This document shows positions 1 to 9,900 of a stretch of DNA of 64,000 bases, piece by piece. Every line of letters begins with the position of its first letter. Position 1 is the stretch's first letter. Position numbers and translations under genes: made by a program. The notes below the pieces were generated by a model. It did not search any database and was not told the DNA's origin. It was given only the letters and a program-made list of their open reading frames with translations. Source of the DNA: Syntrophales bacterium (lineage in GTDB: Bacteria > Desulfobacterota > Syntrophia > Syntrophales > UBA2210); contig CAXXKT010000003.1 of NCBI GenBank assembly GCA_963662405.2, forward strand, positions 480,001-544,000, written 5' to 3'.

Positions 1-87
1 GATCCAGGCTGGAATTCATTTGTTGCATGATTTACTATCTTTGTCAAAATGTTTCATGACCATTCAACAAAATAGTGTGTACCCATA

Positions 88-867
88 CTAGCCTTGCCCC
101 GCAAAGCGAAACGATTGGAGATTCAGGCCCAGTTCCAGGGTGTCTTTCAGCTTGACGAGGGACCGGGCTAAACGGGCCTCCTCGGTGTGCCGGTACAGCA
201 TCTCTCCCGGTTTCCCCTTGATTGTATGGGCAACCGATAAGATGGTATCCAGTGTATCTAACTCACTCAGGAGGTTGGCAGCCCTCTTGAGCCCTATGCC
301 GGGGACACCGGGAATATTGTTGGTGGTGTACCCCGCGAGGGAGAAAAGGTCCACAATTTGGTCCGGTCGCACATGCAGCTTCTCCTGGATATATGCTGGG
401 CCCATATCCACCCGCTGAAAATGATCACGAACCACAACCCGGTCCGACACCAGTTGCAGCAGGAGTCGGTCGGTAGAGAGGATCGTGACTCTGGCGCCGT
501 GCCCCGCCGCCTTTCCGGCGAGCGTGGCGATGATATCATCCGCCTCCAGCGTTGGGAACTGGACGGAGCAAACACCGATTTGGGAAAAGGTCGCCCTGAA
601 GCGGTCCATGCTATCTCCCAGCGCCTCGGGCATCGGGGGACGCCCCGCCTTGTATTCCGGGTACAGCTCATGACGCCAGTTCGGTTCGTTCCCGTCGAAG
701 GCACAGATGGCATGAGTCGGCCGACATTCCCGCAGGGCGCGCTGGAGAGAATTTGCGCTTGTCTTCAGCGAATCGTCCACCCGGGTCGGGCCGTCAACAC
801 CCGGTTGGGCGGCGTAGACCCGGCGGATAAGGTTGAGGCTATCTATCAAGAGGAGCCGTATGTCCAT
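88..867 (-). CDS. 5'-3' exonuclease / flap endonuclease (Xni/ExoIX-like, PolI N-terminal domain family)
   Basis: LLLIDSLNLIRR start, FDG..WRHELYPEYKAGR, EADDIIATLA, H3TH motif NIPGVPGIGLKRA; start moved to the ATG of MDIRLL. Confidence 0.85.
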   Translation of the reverse strand: MDIRLLLIDSLNLIRRVYAAQPGVDGPTRVDDSLKTSANSLQRALRECRPTHAICAFDGNEPNWRHELYPEYKAGRPPMPEALGDSMDRFRATFSQIGVCSVQFPTLEADDIIATLAGKAAGHGARVTILSTDRLLLQLVSDRVVVRDHFQRVDMGPAYIQEKLHVRPDQIVDLFSLAGYTTNNIPGVPGIGLKRAANLLSELDTLDTILSVAHTIKGKPGEMLYRHTEEARLARSLVKLKDTLELGLNLQSFRFAGQG

Positions 868-895
868 ATTTCCCCGTTGAATCCCCCGCAAGCCG

Positions 896-2122
896 TCAGT
901 CGGCCTTGAACTCCTCGGAGAACAGCCGGTACCGCCGGGCCTCATATTCGTTTCCCATAGCGGTATAGATCTGTTCCACCTTTCGGAAATAGTGCTCTCG
1001 CTCCGCAGGGTTTTCTTCAATCAGCGAGAGATACAGCTCGACAGTCTGTGACGAATAGTCCTCTCGTTCAACGGAGATGTCCGCATATCGCTGCTTCACG
1101 AAGGGATCAATCCGCGCGCCGCAGCCGCGGCGCTGTTGCATGATTTCCCCATATAAATCAAGGGCTTCTTCTGATTTGCCGAGAGCCTCGCACGCCGCCG
1201 CCAGGGAAATGATCGTATTCTCATCCCGGCCGTGGGACCGGAGCATCTCGTGGTAGAGTGCATAGGCGTCTTCGTGCTTCCCGGTCCGGATCAGCGATTG
1301 ACCGGTCAGGTGCAGGATGGGAGTGGTATTCGCTATCGCTTCGGGGCACGAGAGGAGCCGTTCCCATGCCTCATCGGGCCGCTCGGCAGCCCAGAGTGTC
1401 TCGCACAGGGTATGGTACCCGTGAACGGAATGGGGATGAACATCGAGAAACCGTTCCACCAGGGCGAGGGCCTCATCGTGCCGCTCCAGATTCAGGTATG
1501 CGGTGGCCAGTTCGAGAGGGATGAAGCTCTCCGAGGAATTTTCTCTCATCGACTGAGAGAGCATGGCGACCGCACGGTCATAGTCGCCCCGATTCAGTGC
1601 CACATATCCTGCCGTGAAGGTTTCTCCGTAGCCGTGGTATGCCTTCCGAATCTCATCATCCAGGGCACCGCACAGGGCGACGAAGTATTCTTCGTCATCG
1701 ATCTCCTCCTCGCCGAGGGGAGGTGTATCTTCTTCCATGTCGGCGGCGAACGAAGATGTTTCACTGCGAGAGGAGGCGTTTTGTCCCCTGTTCAGGTCTT
1801 CTTCTATCGCCGCTGAAAGATCCGGGTCCCCTGTCAGTTCAAGCGCGAGGCTCAGGAGTTCCGACGCCCCTTCGTCATCGCCGGATTCCCTGAGCCGCTC
1901 AGCGTTTTCTCTGTGTTGCCGCGCCAGGCTTTCCCGGCTCTTATGGAGCTTATCGCGCAGACGTCTCGCGATATCGGGATCTCGCGGGTCCTTTCCCGCC
2001 TTATCTTGGGCCGTTTCATACTCCAGTTTGGCCGCCCCGAATTCGCCGATCTCAAAATAACGATCGCCCCTTTTCTCGTATTCTTCCGGCCCTTTCCCCG
2101 CGAACAATTTCAGAAATCCCAT
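896..2122 (-). CDS. Tetratricopeptide repeat protein
   Basis: Multiple helical TPR-like units (GYVALNRGDYDRAVAML, LATAYLNLERHDEAL, LAAACEALGKSEEALDLY); start MGFLKLF after GAGGA. Confidence 0.75.
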   Translation of the reverse strand: MGFLKLFAGKGPEEYEKRGDRYFEIGEFGAAKLEYETAQDKAGKDPRDPDIARRLRDKLHKSRESLARQHRENAERLRESGDDEGASELLSLALELTGDPDLSAAIEEDLNRGQNASSRSETSSFAADMEEDTPPLGEEEIDDEEYFVALCGALDDEIRKAYHGYGETFTAGYVALNRGDYDRAVAMLSQSMRENSSESFIPLELATAYLNLERHDEALALVERFLDVHPHSVHGYHTLCETLWAAERPDEAWERLLSCPEAIANTTPILHLTGQSLIRTGKHEDAYALYHEMLRSHGRDENTIISLAAACEALGKSEEALDLYGEIMQQRRGCGARIDPFVKQRYADISVEREDYSSQTVELYLSLIEENPAEREHYFRKVEQIYTAMGNEYEARRYRLFSEEFKAD

Positions 2123-2139
2123 CCGGTCCTCTCCTCGTT

Positions 2140-2781
2140 TTACAGATCGATCACGATCCCGGCGCCCCCTTCGATGTAGGTGTCGCGACAGTGAGATTTG
2201 ATCTCCGTTTTGAACTGGGTGCAGTGCGTGGCGCAGATGAGGGCCAGGTCCTTCATCAGGCCGAATTCGGTGGAGCCGTGGAGACCTCCGATCAGGGCAT
2301 ACACCGTACCGTGGACCGAGGCGGCCGTCAGGATCTCTCCCACCCCCGGATGAGAGCACCCCGCGATCACAACCGGCCCCCTCTCGGTGATGACGACGAG
2401 TGACTGTTCAATACCCCGGAGTTCTCCCGTGGAGAAGATCCCTTCCGCAATCTTCAAGGGTTCCGTCACCACGACGACCTCCCGAGCCGCATCGGGCGGG
2501 ACGTGGTACGAAGATGGAACGTACAGGGTAACGTCCCTGTTCTTCTTGAGAAAGTCGGCAAGTCCCCCCGTGTGGTCCCAGTGGGCGTGCGAGATGACGA
2601 CCCGGTCGATGGACCCGAGATCAATGCCGAGAGTCTCCATGTTTTTCAGGAGGATCTCCCCGTTGGCCCCGGTATCGAAGAGGATCCGCTCTCCGTGCGC
2701 CTCAACGAGACAGGCAAAGCCCCAGTCGGCAACCAGATCTTCTCGGGATGTCTCGTTATCATATATGATCGTAACTTTCAT
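2140..2781 (-). CDS. MBL-fold metallo-hydrolase
   Basis: MKVTIIYDN, WGFACLVE, ILFDTG, SHAHWDHTGG (HxHxDH), GCSHPG, GGLHG, HCT. Confidence 0.85.
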   Translation of the reverse strand: MKVTIIYDNETSREDLVADWGFACLVEAHGERILFDTGANGEILLKNMETLGIDLGSIDRVVISHAHWDHTGGLADFLKKNRDVTLYVPSSYHVPPDAAREVVVVTEPLKIAEGIFSTGELRGIEQSLVVITERGPVVIAGCSHPGVGEILTAASVHGTVYALIGGLHGSTEFGLMKDLALICATHCTQFKTEIKSHCRDTYIEGGAGIVIDL

Positions 2782-2842
2782 GCCTGTTCTCCTTTCCTGA
2801 TATAATCGTTGCTTCTCCGGATCCGGGCAGGCCGAAGGATAC

Positions 2843-3574
2843 CTACAGGTTAAGAAACTTGCCCGCTGTGATGCACCGGTCCCAGAATTCGTTCGACCCC
2901 TTGAGAAAGGCCTCCTTGGGAAGGTAATCCCGCGCCACGGCATTGAGGACCTCGGCCGACAGCTCTCCCGTTTCAACCAATTCCCGCCCCGCCCGTCGGG
3001 CCGCTTCCTTGATCTCTCTGATGGGATCGGCAATAATCTCTTCGAGGGTGAAGAGGTAACTCGACGGCCGGACGACCGCGCCGACAAACCGTGCCTGCAT
3101 GTTGCGGCACATGCGCCCCATGTGATCGATCAACCCGTCGAAATTGTCCCGTTCATAAAAGCCGCAGACACTGAGCAGGACGACATCGGGAGGATTTTCC
3201 CCGTACCGCCGCGGGTGGCGGTAGTGCCCGTCCACGAACTCGAAATGGGGGTCGGAGAGGGGAATCATTCGATCGAGAAAGGTCTTTGTCTGGGCGGTCA
3301 TCCCGTCCACGTACAGGGGGGTGCCGATCACCAGGCAGTCCGCACCGCGCACCTTCTCAAGGAGCCCCGGCATATCGTCCTTGTGGACGCATACACCGGG
3401 AGTCGTTACCCAGCATTTATAGCAGCCGATACAGTAGTTGATCTTCTTTTTCTGAAGAAAGACCGTTTCCACCTCGGCCCCTGCCTCCCGGGCCCCCTCC
3501 AGGAACGTCTCCATCAGGATGTGCGTCATCCCCTTTTTTGTGTTCGGACTCCCGTTTACCGCGAATATCTTCAT
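2843..3574 (-). CDS. Flavodoxin-family / iron-sulfur flavoprotein (NADPH-dependent FMN reductase fold)
   Basis: NGSP..GMT, CIGCYKCW..TPGVC..KDDM, GTPLYVDGMTAQTKTFLDR. Confidence 0.85.
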   Translation of the reverse strand: MKIFAVNGSPNTKKGMTHILMETFLEGAREAGAEVETVFLQKKKINYCIGCYKCWVTTPGVCVHKDDMPGLLEKVRGADCLVIGTPLYVDGMTAQTKTFLDRMIPLSDPHFEFVDGHYRHPRRYGENPPDVVLLSVCGFYERDNFDGLIDHMGRMCRNMQARFVGAVVRPSSYLFTLEEIIADPIREIKEAARRAGRELVETGELSAEVLNAVARDYLPKEAFLKGSNEFWDRCITAGKFLNL

Positions 3575-3587
3575 CCGTAACCTCCTT

Positions 3588-3842
3588 TTATCCGTGTATG
3601 ATCTTCATGATAATGATGTACAGGGTAAAGCTGAGCCCGACGGCGTTTCCCAGGATAACCGGTGCCGAATGTATCAGCAGGCCATAGACGAACCAGAGAA
3701 AGAGACCGGCCCCCAAGACCGCGAAAGCGCCGAGCGACAGGTCATGGGTTTGCTTCGTCCGGTATATCTTGATCACCTGCGGCGACATGGCGATCGAGGC
3801 GAGTATCGCCGCCATGAACCCAATAATATCCGTCACGTTCAT
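3588..3842 (-). CDS. SemiSWEET / PQ-loop small transporter
   Basis: 84 aa, three TM helices, IIGFMAAIL..SPQVIKIYRTKQTHDLS, LWFVYG, PVILGN. Confidence 0.85.
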   Translation of the reverse strand: MNVTDIIGFMAAILASIAMSPQVIKIYRTKQTHDLSLGAFAVLGAGLFLWFVYGLLIHSAPVILGNAVGLSFTLYIIIMKIIHG

Positions 3843-4909
3843 AGGTATCCCTTCAATCCTTTCCCTTCGAGGTATTCCACCACCATTTTCACGTCCTGCG
3901 AGGAGCCTCTCCGGCAGACGAGGAGGGCGTCTTTTGTTTCCACGACGATCAGGTCTTCCACACCGACCAGGGCCACCAGCTTGTCGGGGCTGTGTACCAG
4001 GCAGTTCGATGCCCTGGAGCGCACAACCTTTCCACGCGTCACATTTCCCTTCGTGTCCTTCTCAAGGACGTCCCACAGGGCGTCCCAGCTTCCGATGTCA
4101 TTCCACCCGAAATCCCCCTCCAGCATCACCACATCGGGGGCCTTCTCCATGACGCCGTAATCGATCGAGACCGACTCGATTCCCCCGTAGACCTCTGAAA
4201 GAACCCGTGCCTCGCCGTCGGTGCCGATAGCCTCTCCTATCGTGGCGAGTCCCTCATACAGACCGGGGAGGAGTTTGTGGATTGCATTCAGCAGGGTGGA
4301 TGCCCTCCAGATAAACATGCCGCTGTTCCAGAAGAAAGCGTCGTTCTTCAGAAATGTTTGTGCTGTTGCCGCATCCGGTTTTTCCCGGAACGACCGAACA
4401 CTGTATATTTTTGTTTCCCCGGTTGTGGCGGTTATTTTACCCCGCTCCATATAGCCGTAGCCCGTCTCGGCCCACCGGGGTTTTATGCCGACCGTGACCA
4501 GACAGTCTCTCATCTTTGCCGTTTCGCGCGCAGCGATCAGCGAGGCGAGAAAACCCTCCGTATCCGCGATCAGGTGATCCGAGGGAAGGACGCACATGAC
4601 GGCATCAGGATTTTTCTTCTGTATGTGTATCGTCGCAAGGCCGATGCAGGGTGCGGTGTTCCTGCCGACCGGTTCGATCAGGATGTTTTCGGGCGGGATC
4701 TGGGGAAGCTGCTCTTTGATCTGGTCCGCGTGGCTGGCGCCGGTAACGATCAGGATCTTTTCCCGTGCCACGAGGGGGGTGATCCTGTCGACGGTGTACT
4801 GGATGATGCTCTTTTCCCCCGTGATGTTCAGCAGGTGTTTCGGCCGCTTCTCCCTGCTCAGGGGCCAGAACCGGGTCCCCTTTCCTCCCGCCATGATGAC
4901 TGCGTACAT
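3839..4909 (-). CDS. manC: Mannose-1-phosphate guanylyltransferase
   Basis: VIMAGGKGTRFWPLSR..PK, EPVGRNTAPCI, PSDH, FREKPD, WNSGMF, SIDYGVMEK, WNDIGSW. Confidence 0.93.
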   Translation of the reverse strand: MYAVIMAGGKGTRFWPLSREKRPKHLLNITGEKSIIQYTVDRITPLVAREKILIVTGASHADQIKEQLPQIPPENILIEPVGRNTAPCIGLATIHIQKKNPDAVMCVLPSDHLIADTEGFLASLIAARETAKMRDCLVTVGIKPRWAETGYGYMERGKITATTGETKIYSVRSFREKPDAATAQTFLKNDAFFWNSGMFIWRASTLLNAIHKLLPGLYEGLATIGEAIGTDGEARVLSEVYGGIESVSIDYGVMEKAPDVVMLEGDFGWNDIGSWDALWDVLEKDTKGNVTRGKVVRSRASNCLVHSPDKLVALVGVEDLIVVETKDALLVCRRGSSQDVKMVVEYLEGKGLKGYL

Positions 4910-5385
4910 AAAGACTCTCCTTAGACAGCACCCGGCGCTGTCTTTTTGATATACCTTGGCTTTTTTCTCGGATTCGATGCTTCGATATACTACCGTTATC
5001 GCTCGGGGAGTCAAGGGTTATTTCGGGAGCGGGGAGGATTGCCAAAAGATGCGAGCAAAGGGGAATGGTATTTTTTCTCCCGGAGACTTCCTGTTTTCCC
5101 GGTGTATGAAATGCACTGTTCTCTCTCCTTTATTCGTTCATATAAACGATTCTTGAATTGCCGTTTCGTCTGTGATAGCTCAGGGCAGAAGGGATGCGGG
5201 GGATGAGATGACGACAGTCGAATCGGCAAGACCCGCCGGTTTTCATTCTTTAATGCTCCTGTTGGCAATTGCCCCCGGCATCGCATCCAGGATGTCCACG
5301 GATTCTAAAAACCGGCGCTGATATTTTGGATATCCTGGACAGACAATATGGTATTTCGTGAATGGGACTTCCCCAAAGGTATGAC

Positions 5386-6459
5386 ATGAAAGATCGACAG
5401 CATCCCACCACCTCTTCCGTATCGGATCCTTTTATTGCCGGTGATTTGGAATCCACATTTGACGAGCAGTTCTTTATTCTCAATTATGGAACGAGGCTCC
5501 TCACCGCCTGCACGGACAGAGAAATCCTGATTGATATCGCCTTGGAAACCCTGGCTGATTTTTCACGCGGAAAGCGGGTTGCCATCATGACCCTCGACAG
5601 TAATGAGGAACGGCTGGAGATCGATGGCATATTTGTGGAAAACAGGTCCGTTCGTTCGAACACGTCATTCCCCGTCGGCGGGACGGTTCTGGAAAAAACG
5701 ATGCTTCAAAAATCTGTTGCCGCCTCTCCGCTCACAATAGTCAGCGAAGTTCCCTTACCGGCAGAAAACAGAGGGAGCGATGAAGGTCAATGTTTATGTT
5801 TACCGCTGATCGGGGCTTCATTTCGTATCGTCGGGCTGGCCACAATCGAAATCCATGAAGCACATCAGCTCACCTTCCTTGAGATGCAACAACTCAGGAT
5901 CCTCAGTACGGTACTGGCCATTTCCCTCGATAATGCAAGGCTGTTCGACAGGGTCATTCACGACAGTCTGACGGACCTCTACACACGGAGATTCTATGAG
6001 ATACGGCTGGAGGAAGAGCTCCAGAAATTGAAACGAGATCCCGGCTGTCTGTCCGTAATTCTTTTTGATATTGACAAGTTCAAGGCGGTCAACGATTCAT
6101 TCGGTCATCTGATGGGGGACAAAGTCCTTCGACAGTTCGCAGCGATCATGCAGGATAACGCTCGCAGAGGTTCCACCCTGGTAAGCAGGTACGGTGGCGA
6201 AGAGTTCATTGCCCTCATCCCCGATGCCCGTCTGGACGAAGCGCTCAATATGGCGCATAGGATAAAAGACCTCTGTTCAAACCATTCATTTGGAGACGAC
6301 GCGCAAAAGATACCGGTAACCGTGAGCGGCGGCGTGGCTTTTACCGATCACACGGAATCACTTTCCCCGGGAGATCTTTTCCAGCGAGCCGATACGGCAC
6401 TGTATGAGGCCAAACGTGGTGGGCGCAATTGCATCGTTGCCTGGAATGATCCAGGATGA
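5386..6459 (+). CDS. GAF-sensor diguanylate cyclase
   Basis: N-terminal GAF-like region, then DSLTDLYTRR, DIDKFKAVNDSFGHLMGD, RYGGEEF, ADTALYEAKRGGRN. Confidence 0.9.
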   Translation: MKDRQHPTTSSVSDPFIAGDLESTFDEQFFILNYGTRLLTACTDREILIDIALETLADFSRGKRVAIMTLDSNEERLEIDGIFVENRSVRSNTSFPVGGTVLEKTMLQKSVAASPLTIVSEVPLPAENRGSDEGQCLCLPLIGASFRIVGLATIEIHEAHQLTFLEMQQLRILSTVLAISLDNARLFDRVIHDSLTDLYTRRFYEIRLEEELQKLKRDPGCLSVILFDIDKFKAVNDSFGHLMGDKVLRQFAAIMQDNARRGSTLVSRYGGEEFIALIPDARLDEALNMAHRIKDLCSNHSFGDDAQKIPVTVSGGVAFTDHTESLSPGDLFQRADTALYEAKRGGRNCIVAWNDPG

Positions 6460-6812
6460 TCGGATTTGTTGATTAATCCGAGGGTCATCCAGGAAGAGAA
6501 TGGGAAGCACAACCATTGTCCGCAAAAAAATAATCAGTCCCCGTTTCTTCTTTTCTTTTCGTCCCCTTTCCTTTTCGAGGTCGATCCTTTTGTCTATCCG
6601 AAAGACAAAGGTGACATCGGATCATCAGCGGCATATGAAGCCCCAGCCGCCATTCGAACCATCCCTGAGCATCTGGGATGGTGGATTGCGCGAGGACGAT
6701 CACCTCGAAAATTCATGCTCCTTTGTTCGCTTACACGGGGAAAACTACATTCTACACCATACATAAAGGATCAGAATTTATAACTGATTAATTCTTCTGT
6801 TCTAAAATGTTC

Positions 6813-6841
6813 TTGACTTTAAAATTTCAGCTTCCTATATT
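6813..6841 (+). promoter_or_regulatory. Putative sigma-70 promoter of the large secreted protein
   Basis: TTGACT-N17-TATATT in an AT-rich tract about 120 nt upstream of the ATG at 6962. Confidence 0.55.
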
Positions 6842-6961
6842 TAAATGGGTATATGTTCCGATACCAAAAACGCAAGTCCCTGTTAACCCCCTCGGGAATT
6901 TCCCGTTCGTAAGGGCGTGGAGATTCACTCTGTATCCGTCTTTAGCAGAAAGGTTGGAGCC

Positions 6962-9900
6962 ATGAACTTCGCCAGCAGAACCATTCGTTGTTTCATATTC
7001 TTTGTGGTTTTTTGTGCGTGTGGGGTGTGCTTCGCGGAAGAGGCGCTCCCCTATTCCTATTACCTCCCTTACTTCAGATCGGATTCGAGTTATGCCACGG
7101 CACTGGCACTCAGAAATACGGCGGAAGGAGAGGGAGCACACGTATCATCGGTGGTGTATGGCCGGGACGGAACCCCCCTGGTCACCGATGAGCGCGATAT
7201 CCCGTCCCGTGGCCAGACATCCTTTCTCATCGGTGGAGCTCTCGATTATGAGGGGGGGTGGATCGCGGTCTCTTCCGATCAGCCGCTCACGGGCTTGTGT
7301 TTTGTGGCAAGTCGGGGTGAGGACACGCATATGTACGATATCACCCTTATAGATGAACTTTCCACGGAGGTTATCGTTCCACATATCGCACAGAGCGACA
7401 ACTGGGACTCCACGGTTCTTGTCTGCAACCCCCATGATTCCCCAACCGATATCACCCTCACCTTGGTTAACCAGGAAGGGAACGTAATTGAATCCGTCAC
7501 CTACCACAACATCCCTGCAATGGGGAGCAGGCGCTATGAAATAGCGGTACTCGGCCAGGGATCGGGAAGCATTGAGATTTCAGCAGACAATGCTGTTGCG
7601 GCATTTGCACTCTACGACAATATCAAACTTCCGGAGAGATACTCCATCGCGGGGATCAGTGCGGTCGATTCGCGAAACCAGGAGGATTATACCTACTACA
7701 TTCCCTATTTTATTTCCGGGCCGGATTTGATCTCCGGAATCGGGTATGTGACAGGGGTGGCATTGAGAAACGGGAGCGCTGAGGACAGCGCGAACGTCTC
7801 CGTCGTGGTGCGGAATGAAGACGGCACCGTGTGCGCAAGCGAAGCCAGGAGTATTCCCCCTCGGGGTCAGACTTCTTTCCTCGTGGGAACCGAGTTAAAT
7901 CAGGATGGCGGGTGGATAGAGGTTTCGTCCGATCAGCCCCTGACGGGGCTCTGTTTCGTGGCAAGCGCCACGCCTGATACACACATGTTCGATATAACTT
8001 TGATACGGGATCTCTACAAGTTTCTGTCCGTGCCCCATGTGGCCCAAGGCGCCGCCTGGGATTCCAAGGTTCTCATCTGCAACCCTTCCGACCAGCAGAT
8101 CGATGTCACGCTCACACTCGTCGATACGGAAGGGAATGTGATTGAATCCACCACGTACCAGATCTCTGCGAGGGGGAGCAGGCAGTTTGAGACAGCGGCA
8201 CTCGGTCAGGGATCGGGGAGCATTGAGATCTCGGCAAGCAGTGGAGTCGCGGCATTTGCGCTCTACGACAATATCAAGCTGCGGGGGAAATACTCCATCG
8301 CGGGGATAAGCGCCCTCATGCCCCCCGTCACCGCAAATGCCCAGGCCTTTGCGAATGAAAAGGTTGCCGAGGGGACGCCCCTCCTCGATTCGGGTGATTA
8401 CAGCGCCGCGAAGGCGAAATTCGCCGAGGCACTGGATGCCGATCCTGACAACCCGGGGGCCAACGCTGGCTATTCCCTTTCCAGTATGGGTGAAAACGAG
8501 GAGACCTATGAAAACATGTGGACGGGCGCCATCGGCTCGATAGAGGGAAATGATCTCACATCGGGACAGATGTTTATGGAGCAGATATACGAATTATTAG
8601 GGGGATTGCCTTTTATACAATTCAGCTCGGAGAGCACGGAACATCGCCCCCTGTCTCTGGTGCTGCCGCAGCCCCAGGGAGCCAATGAGATAGACATTGA
8701 CCTGGATGTCCCCAATTCGCTCAAGGAAATAGTCCTGAGAATTACCCATGGCGTTCCTGTCTATGACAGCAGTTATTTCGGGGCCATGGCAGCCTTCAAG
8801 GATGAATTCAGGACGTACGTCTCCATGGCGCGGCTGATCCTTCCCCTGATCCGCAAGGTCGAGGCGGTCCCCGGTTTCACGCTCGAGTTGCCGGCCTCTA
8901 TCTACAAGGAAATCTTCGGCTTTGATATGGACGGGGACGGTATCGATGATCTCAACACCCCGGCGGACTCGGTCATTATCGACCAGGGAGATTTTTATAT
9001 TATGGATGCCATGCTCAGCATGGTGATCGGTCTGTCGCAATTCTTCGAGGCATACGATTTTACGGGATCTTCATTCGAGGTGGCAGGCGATACGAATGCG
9101 GACGGCTACATAGACCCGGATGAATATCTGCCACCGGAACCATACTACACCCTGCTGGAGGGTGGCGCAGAACGAATGGCGGAAGCCAGGGTATTTCTGA
9201 ATACGGCATTTGCCAAGCTCGAACGCGGCATCGATATTACACTGGCGGAACCAGCGGACGATCACGAGCTCCTCCCGGTGAATGCGGATGCCGATTTGAG
9301 GGCCTTTCTGAACTCTCTCAAAGACAGCGCCGATTATATGGACCTGTCTGATCTGAAGGCACTCATGTCAGGGCCCTATCTTTTTGATTTTTCAAAAGGT
9401 CCCTTTTCCCTTGCGGGTCAATCCATCTCCTTGAACTTTGCGGCCTTTTTTGATTCGCCGTTGGATTTACGCGATTATCTCCCCTCCATACGGGTGAGCG
9501 ACCAGAGCATGCACTATCGCGGTGATGATACCCTTGGGGGGATGATACCCGGCGGCGATCTCGACGATGTGCTCAATTACGCGCTCGGCATAGCGACCCT
9601 CACATCCATTCCCATCATCACCTCCCTTTCCTCAACAGAGGTCGCGTTGGGAGGCACGCTGGATATATACGGGGAAGGATTCGGCGAGCTTCAGGGCGAC
9701 AGTACGGTGACCATCGGCAACAGGGCCGTGCCTACGGCCGATATCCTCCTGTGGTCGGAAGACCACGTACAGATACGGATAGCTCCGGACACCGTTCCGG
9801 GGAGGCTGCGTATCGAGGTGGATGATATGCTCACGAACTCGGTCCGGATCAGCATCGAGGGCATCATCGCAGACCATTTTGATGAGGTTCTGAGCGCGGA

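Noticed and set aside
6845..6960. c-di-GMP riboswitch ahead of the surface protein
   Set aside because: No GGCAAAC/GNRA-receptor architecture recognisable.
7052..8314. Diversity-generating retroelement template/variable repeat pair
   Set aside because: Both copies are in-frame coding domains of ~600 nt, differences are not adenine-specific by eye, and there is no reverse transcriptase.
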